From: the human T2T-CHM13v2.0 reference genome, Homo sapiens
Reading direction: 5' to 3' (one strand)
Assembly (NCBI RefSeq): GCF_009914755.1
Contig: NC_060934.1
DNA length: 64,000 nt
A program made the position numbers and the translations under genes. The notes under the pieces are model-generated. The model worked only from the letters and a program-made list of their open reading frames with translations. It did no database searches and was not told the DNA's origin. Of this stretch, positions 1-18,410 are shown in pieces (positions within the stretch are counted from its first letter, which is position 1; every line of letters begins with the position of its first letter).

Positions 1-56
1 AACTATCTGTAAGTGTACAGCATTCAACAGTGTTAAGCATATTCACATGGTTGTGA

Positions 57-446
<390 letters not shown>

Positions 447-2359
447 CAAAAGGTGCTTATTCTTAATACTTCCTACCCATTGTCTATTCTATCCTACACA
501 GACCTCTAGCTACCACAGCTTTCAAAGTATTATTTTCTGACAATATACATTGTGGATCACCAGCACAATAACATCAAATAGAAAACAACCAGTCCTTAAA
601 GAAAATAGGAAGGGTCTTAAGTCTGACTGTGAACAGAAGACCATACGACCTCCTGTGCAGAGGAAATGAAGATAGGGCTGGAATGTGGTTTCAGGGTCAC
701 TCTAAACGGAAGTGAGGAACCAAAACAGGAAGAGGCAGGCCCACAGCTAAGAGGAGGCCACACGGGCTGCAGAAGGACTCATTCCATGTCTGCATTTAAC
801 AAAGGCTTACCACTGCTTAGGCAGCCCCATAACAATGATGGAAAGGCCCCTGGTAAGCACACAGACTCACAGGTGCCTTAGGTCAGGTACCTGGGGAAGC
901 ACTATGCAAGTCTCATTCAACAGACTTTTAGTTAAATATGCTTATGCAGGCCTGCAAAAAAAATGACTTAGCTATAAATTTGGTAATAATAACTTAGTAT
1001 ATTATGTAAGAAATGTCAATGATCAGTATCAGTGACCAGTGATCACTGATATTTTTCCATGTGTTACTATAGTTCTAATTATCTTTGGTAATAGATGAAC
1101 GCTTAGTCAATCACTCCTTTTTCAAAATCATTTTCATACATTATTCTTCAGAAGCATGACTCCTAGCCTGAGTCTGCACTGGGACAACTCCAGGAAAGAT
1201 AGAGATTTTGTACATGACTGAGGATAATAGCAGAGTCAAGGCAGACAAGGACCTGTTTACCAAAAGCACCTAGAAATCTCCAGGGGGCAGGGATCTTGGG
1301 GAACGGACATTCATTCTACAGCAAGAGTTCAGGTTAATCCAAAGAAAGCCACAGACCATGAGAAGAGAGTAGTGGCTTGGAGGACAACATGGTATCTGTC
1401 ATTCACACTATCCTACATAAAAGCAAGGGATGATAGTGGTATTGTGTGATTTGTTCTAAGAAGAACAATCAAATTAAAGGCATTCTCAAAAGGCTCTGAA
1501 GAACAGTAACACTTCAAGGAATCAGCAGCACGGAAAGCAGCAGCTGTTGCCACAGGACTGACAGCAGCGTGGGTAACAAGGAACATCCTGATGGCCACAG
1601 CCATGACAGTTGACCTATCAACCAAACGATCTTTGCACTGACAACAGTGGCTGCACTTCTGGTGCCAGGCGCACGGTGGTGGCTCTCAGTTCTGCCTCCA
1701 GCACTAGCAGGCTGTGTGTACATACAAACATACATATGTGTATGTATGTATAACACCCAGCTACTGACAGTGAGACCGGAGAGCATGCGGGGAGAAAATG
1801 GGAGCAGAGGTACAAAGGATCTTTCACCTCTTCAATATTAACTGTTTTATAATTATGTAGTACCACAAATAAAACTTCTATTTTGAATAAATAGAACAGA
1901 ACACATTGAGGCCTAAAGGGAAGAAATATGTAGTAAAATCAGAAAAAAGAATTTATAATAAAGTCCCACTTGTGCTTTGACAATTCTTGCCTTTTAAACC
2001 AAGTAATATTCCAAGTAAATACATCTTTAAAGAAAGAAAAGGTATAGTTTAAGATGTAGTAATTTATGGCAATTTCAATTATTCAGGAGGAATATGTATT
2101 TTAGGAAAGGAATGAATAACTTTAGCCCTGTCATCATCTGGAAATTAGAAGTTGGTAAACATACCGTAAATCTAACCTGCCTGTATGCTTTTCACCTTAC
2201 GGCTCTGGGTAAGAATGAATGCCATAACATATGTGAAAATCACTTGCAAACTATACGGTGGTATGTACATAGATGATAGTTAAGTTTCTACCATCACAAA
2301 TGTGCTATAATTTTTTTATCTGACTTTATATTACAGAACACAGTATAATGAATTTTTAA

Positions 2360-2605
<246 letters not shown>

Positions 2606-3236
2606 TAAGAATTTGTTTTCATTTAATTGAAGATGCTCTTATGTATACTGATATTTAAATAAACATGAACATTAAATCTTTGAGATTAAAACCTGTATAA
2701 ATATAACTGGAAACCTGCAATTCCTTCTTGGCTAGAAACCCATAAAAAAAATTCCAAGTGTGCATTAGACTCACAATAGTTTTCATACAAGTATGAATGG
2801 CATAAAAATTTTTAATTCACCAAATATATTTCTGCAACTGGGTCATTCATTTTCTAAGTTAGAGGCCTTTTATTTTTATATCCTTTGTGGCTTCAAAAAG
2901 AATTTTAAATACCTTGTAAGTATACACACTAAGTATACATCACGGCACCCTTCCAAGGGAGCGGGCCTCGGCAGTGAGATTTGAACACAGAATCCTTCCT
3001 CCCCGCAACACACAGACAGGCAGCTGCTCCAAGGACAGCCAATCTGCTGGCTGGGAAGAGGCTAATTAGGTAAGCTGGCAAATTAGGCACTAAAAGGGAG
3101 GTGAGGCTGAAAGAATATATAAAGGAAGATCCTCAAAGATTCACAAGCAAAGATGAGGTGAGAGGGAGCTGAGAACCAGAAAAACGAGATATGAAATAGA
3201 GAAAAGATAATGTTGAAGATGAGGAAGCCTTCTGGC

Positions 3237-3734
3237 TGTAGGAGATCCATCAGGGTGGTAGGAACAATTGCAGAACGATGCAAACCTTCTTGGAAGGCCA
3301 AGAGGTTTTATAAAAGCTTTGGAAAACGATTTGGCTGAAGGCAGCTAGACTCTCTTATCTGGTGCCTGAAAGCTTAGGTTAGATAACAAGGGGATGTAAA
3401 AAAACTGATCTAGATAAGTTAGTTTACTTAGGCCTCCGAACCTGGCCTTTCATCATCCGCACACAGGACTGCTCACTCCGGGGAGGGCGACCATGTTGAT
3501 TACCCACAAGTGTGTTGACTCAAAGCCATTGTCATTAAATCCGTGCTGAATAAATGCCCACAGTGCCAGCTTGTCAAGGCCGCAGCTGCTGACTCTTTAC
3601 AGCACCCTCCTCGGGGTCTGTGAGCAGCCCGGTCCCCTAGCCCGCTCCCCTAGCTCACTGTTTCATTGGATACCTGCATGTGAGTGCATTTTTTCTTCTG
3701 TCGTTCAGCCAGGGTCTGCGGGTCGGACCCCACA
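3237..3734 (+). mobile_element. Solo LTR, LTR22-like (HERV-K HML-5)
   Basis: TG...CA termini (tgtaggagatccatcagggtggt ... ggtcggaccccaca), internal AATAAA, 6-bp TSD tctggc/tctgtc typical of ERVK; family name from recall. Confidence 0.8.
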
Positions 3735-4286
3735 TCTGTCCTCGTGGGAAGAGTGTAGCAGACATGAAGAGAACAGCAGAAATGCAATAAGCAGTAAGTG
3801 TAGCTGCTCCCTAGAACTGTGTTGGATCCTGAAAGCCATTCAGCTCCAGTTTCCTTGTGATCTGAAAATAAACACTTTATTCTTAAAGAACACTGATGTG
3901 AGTTTCTGTTCCTTAAAATCAAAAAAGCCTCGTATAAGATACATACAAGGATAAGATATGTTTAAACATGCAAGGGAAATAAGGCAAAGAGAGAAAGGAG
4001 TACAAAAAAGGTAACAGTCCTTTCCCAGTTCTTTATGATAAAACTATGTCATCTCTATACACAGGAAAAGAATTTCAGTTCTCTATGATGGCAGGGCACC
4101 TGTCTAGTGCATTCAAATATGGTAATAATGAAATCTGTCAAAAAGGGAATAAAAATAAATCTGGAAAAATAAGCTCACAATAAAAAAATTACTATATACA
4201 TAGAGAAGTAAATATGAGTGAGAGCAAGCAGAAAGAACAAACATCAGATACTGCCTTCACTATCATTTCAGATAATGTAATTATGA

Positions 4287-4591
<305 letters not shown>

Positions 4592-4636
4592 GAAACAGAT
4601 TATTAAATAGCGAATTATGTAAATAAAGAAATTTTA

Positions 4637-4939
4637 GGCCAGGCGTGGTGGCTCAAGTCTGTAATCCCAGCACTTTGGGAGGCTGAGGCGGGCAGATCAC
4701 AAGGTCAGGAGATCGAGACCATCCTGGCTAACACGGTGAAACCCTGTCTCTACTAAAAAATACAAAAAATTAGCAGGGCGTGGTGGCAGGTGCCTGTAGT
4801 TCCAGCTACTCAGGAGGCTGAGGCAAGAGAATGGCGTGAACCCAGGAAGCAGAGCTTGCAGTGAGCCAAGATGGAGCCTCTGCACTCCAGCCTGGGCAAC
4901 GGAGCAAGACTCCGTCTCAAAAAAAAAAAAAAAAAAAAA
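4637..4939 (+). mobile_element. AluY
   Basis: AluY-type diagnostics (gagatcgagaccatcctggctaacacgg, gaatggcgtgaacc, gagcttgcag); TSD aaagaaatttta. Confidence 0.9.
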
Positions 4940-5908
4940 GAAATTTTAAAATGAGCAAACAACAAAGTACTAAAAACAGCCAGTTTCAAACAATAAAACA
5001 TTGCTTTCACAAATTAAAAATCTAAGTATTAAAATGAAAACCAAATGAGTTAATTAAATAGCATATTAGTCACAGCTAAGGAGAGATTACCAAACTACAT
5101 GCCAAATTGGAATAAATTACTCAGAGTTAGGGAAATGAAAAACACTAAAGAGATTAAGGGACATAAAGAATAGACTGAGATGGACTCACACATGACTAAT
5201 TTAAGTCCTAGTGGGAAACAATACAGAGAATAGAAGAGAAGCAATACATGAAGAGGTTAAGGGCTGAGAATTTTCAAAAACAGATAAAAGACTTAAATCT
5301 AGATTTAAGAAGCACAACATACACCTACCAATATAAACAAAAAGAAATCCACCCCTAGACTCACAGGCATTGTGGTAAATCGCAAAATAAAGCCAAAGAA
5401 AAGATTTTAAAACACAGAGAGTAAAGACAGAAGACAGACTACTACAATTAGCTCAGACTATAGAATTCTCACCAGTAACAAGCCAGCAGACAGTAGAATA
5501 TTATCTTCGAAGTATCAAGGAAACTTGTCAACTGTCATCATATGCACAACAAAACTATCCTTCAAGAACAAAGATGAAATCAAGATATTCCCAGCTAAAG
5601 TAACAGAGTTTATGACCAGCAGATGATCACTAAAGAAACCTCGTCCTTAGATAAGCTTATTTTTTTTAAAAAAAAGAAACTTCAAAAGAATATACTGTAG
5701 CAAAACAGAAAATGAGCTCAGAATAGAGATCTGAGATGTCAGATGAAATGACATTCAAGTATTAAACACGCAAGTATGTGTCAGCAAACATTCCCCATGC
5801 TAAAAATAATAATAATTAGCAACAGGATTTAAACAACAGTGAGAAAATAAAAATCTCAAAAATCAGTGTTTAAGGTAAGGGCATGAGGAAGGGGAGGTCA
5901 TTAAAGTA

Positions 5909-6457
<549 letters not shown>

Positions 6458-7010
6458 AAGTCTTTGTCTTAGCAGGCAATTAAGATATTGATAAGGTTCA
6501 TTCAGCTTTGTTAACGTAAGTCTATGATAATATCTCAAGAATAAACCACAAAAATACTTCCAAACCAATTCAGAGGAAAAATACCATAAGAAAAAAATCA
6601 AGTGAAAAAACCTTAATTGTATTTTTAAAAGGAACAAAAAAGAAAAGAGCACGGAAAGTGTCAACAGAAAGCAAAAAGTAAAATGGCAAATATTCATTAC
6701 AAATATATCAATAACCATAATCTATGTAAATGAATTAAACTTGCCAATTAAAAGACAAATAAGATTATTTTATAAAACATAAATTAATTTCAGTTACATA
6801 TTATTTACATAAGACATACCCAATGAATAGCACAAAAAGTTTAAAGTGAGGACTAAAAAGGTTAAGTAAGCACCAGTCAAAAGTTAACAAGAATTACCAT
6901 ATCAGAATAAGGCTTATTTCAGCTATTACCCACCAAAAGTAAGAGAAAGTTGACAACACATGGTCTTATTGAGCAAACAGGTAGGAAATCTCAGCAAAGA
7001 AATAAAAAGT

Positions 7011-7305
<295 letters not shown>

Positions 7306-8177
7306 GAAGTATAAAACAGAACCAAATAGAAATTCAAAAACAGAAAAGACTGAAAATTAAAACAAAAAATGCACTTTATGATCTTAACAGTAGACTGAAT
7401 ATGACACAGTCACTGAACTGGAAAACAAACCAATAGGAATTACCCACACTGAAAAACAGAAAAAAAGACTGGAGAAAAATGAACAAACTCTCACAAACTT
7501 CTGAGATAATATCAATCATTATGACATGTACATAATCAGAAATGCAGGTGGAGGGGAAGAAAGTGAAACTGGACCAGAGAAAATAATTGAAGATGCAATA
7601 ACCAAAAACTTCCCAAATTTAGCAAAAAATACTGACTTATAAATCCAAAAGACTCAGAGAACACTAAGTAGGATTAATACAAATAGAAATACAACTGAGC
7701 ACACTGTAGATAAACTGCTGAAAACCAAAAGGAGAAAAATATTGACAGTAACTAAGAATAAACAACAACAACGACGACAATAACAGTAATATGACGGCCA
7801 GCTGATTTTTTTTTTAATCAGAAAAAGAAGCCAGGAAGTAATGCAACAACATCTATAATGCTCAAAGAGAACTATCAGCCCAGAACTCCACATGCAGCAA
7901 AAACATCCTTCAACAGTGAAGACAAAATAAAGACATGGTCTGATAAACAAAAACTAAGGAAATTAATCCCCAGCAAATAACATATAAAAACTAGGATCCA
8001 CTAAAAAAAAAAAAAAAAAAAAATACTGGAAGTGTTAAATGTGTGGATAAATATAAAGAACTATTTTTCAATTTATTCTCTTAATTTCTTTAGAAGACAC
8101 ACGCTGGCTGTTGAAAGCAATAACAACACTGTATCATGGGGCTTATAACATAGGTGTACATAAAATACATGACAGTA

Positions 8178-8465
8178 GGCTGTCATCTCTGTAATCCCAG
8201 CACTTTAGGAGGCCAAGGGGGGTGAATCACTTGAGCCCAGGAGTTCAAGACCAGCCTGGGCAACATGGTGAAATCCCAACTCTACAAAAAGTACAAAAAT
8301 TAACCGGGCCTAGTGGTGCATGCCTGTAGTCCCAGCTACTTAGGAAACTGAGATAGGAGGATCGCTTGAACCCAGGAGGCAGAGGATACAGTGTGCCAAG
8401 ATTGTGACTGCACTCCAGCCTGGGCGAGAGAGTAAGACCCTGCATCATAAAAATAAAAATAAATA
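8178..8465 (+). mobile_element. AluJ
   Basis: Diverged Alu dimer with ttgagcccaggagttcaagaccagcctgggcaac. Confidence 0.85.
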
Positions 8466-9154
8466 TAAACATATATGACAACAATAGCACAATGACTGGG
8501 TAGGGAATGGAACTGTGTTATTGCAATTCTTAATTTTATGAGAAGTGGTATGTTAATTCTAAGTAGGCAAGGATAAGGATGCAACTGCAAAAAAATAAAA
8601 AAAAAAAGTCATTACATGGAATACTAAAAAATATTCAATTAGCCCTAAAGTAGAAAAAGAGTAGCAGGAAAAAAAAAGGACACCAGAAGACAAACAGCAA
8701 ACTAGTAGACCTAAACCCAACTACAGTGAATTCTCCTTATTCATAGTAGTTATGCTCTATAAAGTCATCATGAACACTGAGTTACCAAATATGGAACCAC
8801 TGCTCTTGGGAAAATAGTATTAAGTCCGTGCAAGCCTCTGGTCCTGCTACCTTAGTCAGCTGAGCAATACATAATCTTGTTTTATATGTGTTTTTGTTTA
8901 AAACACCTCATTTAATATCTATTGTTAATTTACTTATATTAAACCCATGGCCAACAGCACTACAATTCTTGTCTGAGTGAAGCTTATCTAATACATGTAT
9001 TTTCTCCATTGGCACATCACAGCCTCTTGCACTTGGGATCACCAGGTGGCACATCGGCCCTACACTTGAGGGTCATTTTAAACAGCAAAGTCACCCCAAA
9101 AGAAGTATAAAAATGTGGAAAATGTGGCACTGAACAGACTGGAAAAGAACCCTT

Positions 9155-12591
<3,437 letters not shown>

Positions 12592-12819
12592 TGGAAAAGG
12601 ACCCTTGTTTTTCAAAGTATGAGAGCTGAAACAGGAGGGCAGAGCGTCACCTTATTTGACCTCAGTTGGGAAAAAATGTGTGAAGATGACTCAAATTTTT
12701 CGCTACTCTGTACATGTCTATGAATGACCACGGGAACACTTCAAGTATTGATTTAGGGGTTACAAATAAAATTTGCAATTTTCACATGTATGGAATCCTC
12801 AAATAATGAGGATCAATTG

Positions 12820-14190
12820 TGTATCAAGGAGACTAAATATTCCAATTAAAATGTAGCTTTTTTTCAGATTGGGGAGAAGAAAAAAACAAGACCCAATTAT
12901 GTCTACAAGAGATACCTTTTGAATATAAAGACACGGGTTAAAATAAAGAGGATGGAAAGATAAACCACACAGCACTAATAATAGAGTGAAAAGCACAACA
13001 CTTTCCACAACTGACACAAAATAAAACTTTTAAAATCTAAACAGCCATGTATTTATTAAGTTAAAATACTCAGCCTACCCTTTTACAAAAAGAAGACTCA
13101 AAACTCAGATGGTTTCACTGGTGAAGTCTATCAGACACATGTGGAAGAAAATAAAGGAGTAAACAATTCCCAATTCATTTTAGAAGGTTTGCATAAACCC
13201 ATTACCAAAATATTTTTCATTTATAAAAAAACTATAAAACATGACCATAGGTGATTAACACAGATGAAAACATCCTCAGCAAAACAATGGAAAGATCAAA
13301 ATCAGTAACTTACAAAAAGAATAATATATCATGATACTGCAGTATTTATCCCAGGAATATAAAATTTGGATTCACATATAAAAGGCAATTTCATTTACTA
13401 TAATACCAGATGCAATGAAAGCATTTGACGAAGTTCCATATCCATTCCGGGTTAAAAAAAATAAAAATTTTAGCACACCTACAAACAGAAAGAAACTTCC
13501 TCTATCATATAAACCTTCAGCAAATAATGAAATTCTGAGGACTTTCCCTCAAAGATTGGCAACATGGCAAAGATAGTGATAGAAATCGCAGCAAGTCTAC
13601 TCAACATTATATTATATAGAAGATCCTAGCCAATGTAATAGGCAAGGAAAAGAAATACTACGCATAAATATTTGAAACGAAGTTATAAAACTTTCTTTTC
13701 AGAGGCAATATAATTGTTAACAAACAAATTTTTAAGAATTATGTCAATCTAACAAGATTCATTTAAGTAAGTTTGGCAAAGTTGCAGGATGGCAGGTCAA
13801 TAAACAATTGTATTTCTATATTCCACCAACAAAATGAAATTTTAAAAACGTTTCTCAATACCAAAAAGCAGATTACTTAAGAATAAACTTAACAAAAGAT
13901 ATGGAAGCCCCATATACTGAAAACCACAAAACACTGCTGAAAGAAATACCTAAGTAAATGAAGATATATACCATGTTTGTAATTCGAAAATTTCAACACT
14001 GTCAAGATGTTGATTCTGCCCAAATCACAATTCCAACCATATTCCCACCAGGCACTTTTATAGAAATTAGGCTTTTGATTCTAAAAGCCTATGAAATATA
14101 AAAGTATATGAAATATGAAAGTATATGAAAATTCAAAAGACCTAGAACGGCCAAAACAATCTTAAAAAAGAACAAAGTTGAAGGAGTTAA
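12820..14190 (+). mobile_element. Old L1M ORF2 remnant, continuing at 19101-19500 after the HERV-H
   Basis: aagaacaaagttgaaggag before the provirus joins actatctgacttcaag...gagctacaataatc after it, contiguous L1 ORF2 sequence. Confidence 0.8.
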
Positions 14191-14589
14191 TGTCAGGCCT
14201 CTGAGCCCAAGCTAAACTATCATATCCCCTGTGACCTGCACCTATACATCAAGATGGCCTGAAGTAACTAAAGAATCACAAAAGAAGTGAAAATAGCCTG
14301 TTTCTGCCTTAACTGATGACATTACCTTGTGAAATTCCTTCTCCTGGCTCATCCTGGCTCAAAAGCTCCCCCACTGAGCACCTTGTGACCCCGACCCCTG
14401 CCCACCAAAGAACAACCCCCTTTAACTGTAATTTTCCTTTACCCACCCAAATCCTATAAAATGGCCCCACCCTTTCTCCCTTTGCTGACTCTCTTTTTGG
14501 ACTCAGCCCACCTGCACCCAGGTGATTAAAAAGCTTTATTGCTCACACAAAGCCTGTTTGGTGGTCTCTTCACAGACGTGAGTGAAATT

Positions 14590-14607
14590 TGGTGCCGTGA
14601 CTCGGAT
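14590..14607 (+). promoter_or_regulatory. Primer-binding site for tRNA-His(GTG)
   Basis: TGGTGCCGTGACTCGGAT is the exact complement of the 3' 18 nt of tRNA-His including CCA. Confidence 0.95.
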
Positions 14608-15085
14608 CGGCGGACCTCCCTTGGGAGATCAATCCCCTGTCCTCCTGCTCTTTGCTCTGTGAGAAAGGTCCACCTACGACCTCTGGTCCTCTGACCAACC
14701 AGCCCAAGCAACATCTCACCAATTTTAAATTGGGTAAGCGGCCTCTTTTTACTCTCTTCTCCAACCTCTCTCACTATCCCTCAATCTCTTTCTCCTTTCA
14801 ATCTTCGCGCCACACTTCAATCTCTCCCTTCTCTTAATTTCAGTTCCTTTCCTTTTCTGGTAGAGACAAAGGAGACATGTTTTATCCGTGGACCCAAAAC
14901 TCCAGCACCAGTCATAGACTCAGGAAGACAGTCTTCCCTTGGTGTTTAATCACGCGGGGACACCTACCTGATTATTCACCCACATTTCATTGGTGTCTTA
15001 TCACCGCGGGGACGCCTGCCTTTGTCATTCACCCACATTCCCTTGGTGGCAAGTCAATTGCAGGGACACCTGCTTTGGCTGCTCA

Positions 15086-15330
15086 CCCACCCCTTCTCCA
15101 CTTTCCTGGGGGGCAAGCACCCCTTACCCCTTCTGTGTCCCCACCCCTTCTCCACTTTCCTGGGGGGCAAGCACCCCTTACCCCTTCTCTCTGTGTCCCC
15201 ACCCCTTCTCCACTTTCCTGGGGGGCAAGCACCCCCTCACCCCTTCTCTGTGTCTCTACCCTCTCTTTTCTCTCCACTTTCCTGGGGGGCAAGCACCCCC
15301 ACCCCTTTTCTCCATGTCTCTACCCTCTCT
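15086..15330 (+). repeat. HERV-H leader tandem repeat, 4 units of about 55-65 bp
   Basis: Core ctccactttcctggggggcaagcacccc occurs four times. Confidence 0.9.
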
Positions 15331-16493
15331 TTTCTCTGGACTTGCCTCCTTCACTATAGGCAACCTTCCACCCTCCATTCCTCCTTCTTCTCCCTTAGCC
15401 TGTGTTCTCAAGAACTTAAAACCTCTTCAACTCACACCTGACCTAAAACCTAAATGCCTTATTTTCTTCTGCAATATTTTCTTCTGCAATGCCACTTAAC
15501 CCCAATACAAACTCGATAACGGCTCTAAATGGCCAGAAAACGGCATTTTCGATTTCTCCATCCTATAAGACCTAAATAATTCTTGTTGTAAAATAGGCAA
15601 ACGGTCTGAGGTGCCTGACGTCCAGGCATTCTTTTACACATCGGTCCATCCCTAGTCTCTGTTCCCCAATGCAACTCGTCCCAAATCTTCCTTCTTTCCC
15701 TCCCGCCTGTCCCTTCAGTCCCAACCCCAAGCGTCTCTGAGTCTTTTGAATCTTCCTTTTCTACTGACCCATCTGACCTCTCCCCTCCTCCCCAGGCTGC
15801 TTTTCTGGTAGAGACATAGGAAACGTGTTTTATCCGTGGACCCAAAACTCCAGCGCTGGTCATGGACTTGGGAAGACAGTCCCAAGTCTTTCCATTTTTT
15901 CCTCAGCCTCCGCCCCGCCACCCTACAATCCTTTTATCACCTCCCCCTCCTCACACCTGGTCCAGCTTACAGTTTCGTTCTGCGACTGGCCCTCCCCCAC
16001 CTGCCCAGCAATTTCCTCTTAAAAAGGTGGCTGGAGCTAAAGGCATAGTAAAGGTTAATGCTCCTTTTTCTTTATCGGACCTCTCCCAAATCAGTTAGCG
16101 TTTAGGCTCTTTTTCATCAAATATGAAAAACCCAGCCCAGTTCATGGCCCATTTAGCAGCAACCCTTAAGACTCTTTACAGCCCTAGACCCTGAAGGGTC
16201 AGAAGGCCATCTCATTCTAATTATGCATTTTAACACCCAGTCAGCTCCTGACATTAAATAAAACTCCTAAAATTAAATTCCGGCCCTCAAACCCCACAAC
16301 AGGACTTAATTAACCTCTCCTTCAAGGTGTACAATAATAAAGTAGAGGCAGCCAAGTAGCAATGTATTTCTGAGTTGCAATTCCTTGCCTCCACTGTGAG
16401 AAAAACCCCAGCCACATCTCCAGCACACAAGAACTCCAAACACCTGAACTGCAGCTGCCAGGGGTTCCTCCAGAACCTCCTCCCCCAGGAACT

Positions 16494-16601
16494 TGCTTCA
16501 GGTGCCGGAAATCTGGCCACTGGGCGAAGGAATGCCTGAAGCCCGGGATTCCTCCTAAGCCTTGTCCCATCTGTGCGGGACCCCACTGGAAATCCAACTC
16601 G
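16494..16601 (+). pseudogene. gag: HERV-H gag nucleocapsid zinc knuckles
   Basis: Translates CFRCRKSGHWAKEC-LKPGIPPKP-CPICAGPHWKSNS; first CCHC intact, second lacks its last Cys. Confidence 0.9.
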
Positions 16602-16756
16602 CCCAGCAGCCACTCCCAGAGCCCCTGGAACTCCGGCCCAAGGCTCTCTGACTGACTCCTTCCCAGATCTTCTCAGCTTCGTGGCTAAAGACTGATGCTG
16701 CCCGATCACCACAGAAGCCTCCTGGACCATCACAGATGCTTTAGGTAACTCTTAAA

Positions 16757-18410
16757 GTGGAGGGTAAGTCCATCCCCTTCTTAATCAATACAGAGGCTAC
16801 CAACTCCACATTACCTTCTTTTCAAGGGCCTGTTTCCTTTGCCTCCATAACTGTTGTGGGTATTGAAGACCACGCTTCTAAAACCTCTTACACTCCCCAA
16901 CTCTGGTGCCAACTTGGACAATACTCTTTTAAGCACTCCTTTTTAGTTATCCCCACCTGCCCAGCTCCCTGAATAGGTCAAAACATTTTAACTAAATTAT
17001 TTGCTTCCCTGACTATTCCTGGGCTACAGCCACACCTCATTGTTGCCTTTTCCCCCAGTTCAAAGCCTCCTTCACACATCCTCCCCTTGTATCTCCCCAC
17101 CTTAAACCGTAAGTATAGTATACCTCTACTCCCTCCTTGGCAACCGATCATGCACCTCTTACCATCCCATTAAAACCTAGTCACCCTTACCCCACTTAAT
17201 GCCAATATCCCATCCCACAGCACGCTTTAAAAGGATTAAAGCCTGTTATCACTCACCTGTTACAGCATGGACTTTTAAAGCCTATAAACTCTCCTTACAA
17301 TTCCCCCATTTTACCTGTCCAAAAACCAGACAAGTCTTACAGGTTAGTTCAGGATCTGCATCTTATCAACCAAATTGTTTTGCCTATCTACCCCGTGGTG
17401 CCAAACCCATATACTCTCCTATCCTCAATACCTCCCCTCCACAACCCATTATTCTGTTCTGGATCTCAAACATGCTTTCTTTACTAGTCCTTTGCACCCT
17501 TCATCCCAGCCTCTCTTCGCTTTCACTTGGACTGACCCTAACACCCATCAGGCTCAGCAAATTACCTGGGCTGTACTGCCACAAGGCTTCACAGACAGCC
17601 CCCATCACCTCAGTCAAGCCAGTGTTCTTACACAAGAGCTGGGACCGCGCCCTGTAGCCTTTTTATCCAAACAATTTGACCTTACTGTTTTAGCCTAGCC
17701 CTCCTGTCTGCATGTGGCGGCTACCGCTGCCTTAATACTTTCAGAGGCTTTCAAAATCACAAACTATGCTCAACTCACTCTCTACAGTTCTCATAACTTC
17801 CAAAATCTATTTTCTTTCTCACACCTGATGCATATACTTTCTGCCCACCCCACTACCTCTCAGCAAGCCAAACTCATTGCCTTAACTTGAGCCCTCACTC
17901 TTCCAAAAGGACTACACATCAATATTTATACTGACTCTAAATATGCCTTCCATATCCTGCACCACCATGCTGTTATATAGGCAAAAAAAAAAAAAATTCC
18001 TCACTATGCAAGGGTCCTCCATCACTAATACCTCTTTAATAAAAACTCTTCTCAAAGCCGCTTTACTTCTGAAGGAAGCTGGGGTCATTCACTGCAAGGG
18101 CCATCAAAAGGCATCAGATCCCATTGCTCAGGACAACGCTTATGCTGATAAGGTAGCTAAAAAAGCAGCCATCAAAAAGTATCAGATCCCATCGCCCAGG
18201 ACAATGCTTATGCTAATAGGGCAACTAAAAAAAGCAGCCAGCGTTCCAACTTCTATCTCACAGAGCAGTTTTTCTCCTTCTCATCTGGCCACTCCCACCT
18301 ACTCCCCCACTGAAACTTCCACCTATCAATCTCTTCCCACACAAGGCAAGGGTTTTTGGACCAAGGAAAATATATCCTTCCAGCCTCACAGGCCCACTCT
18401 ATTCTGTCGT
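16757..18410 (+). pseudogene. pol: HERV-H pro-pol remnant
   Basis: Protease FLINTEA (DTG decayed), RT SVLDLKHAFF and LPQGFTDSP, RNase H NIYTDSKY and IHCKGHQ; stops, frameshifts, YxDD region and most of integrase missing. Confidence 0.88.

Noticed and set aside
14590-14607. tRNA-His-like sequence as a tRNA gene
   Set aside because: Only the 18-nt complement next to an LTR, so it is a primer-binding site
15086-15330. Repeat-spacer appearance resembling a CRISPR array
   Set aside because: The spacers resemble each other, the array lies in a HERV-H leader in primate DNA, and there are no cas genes
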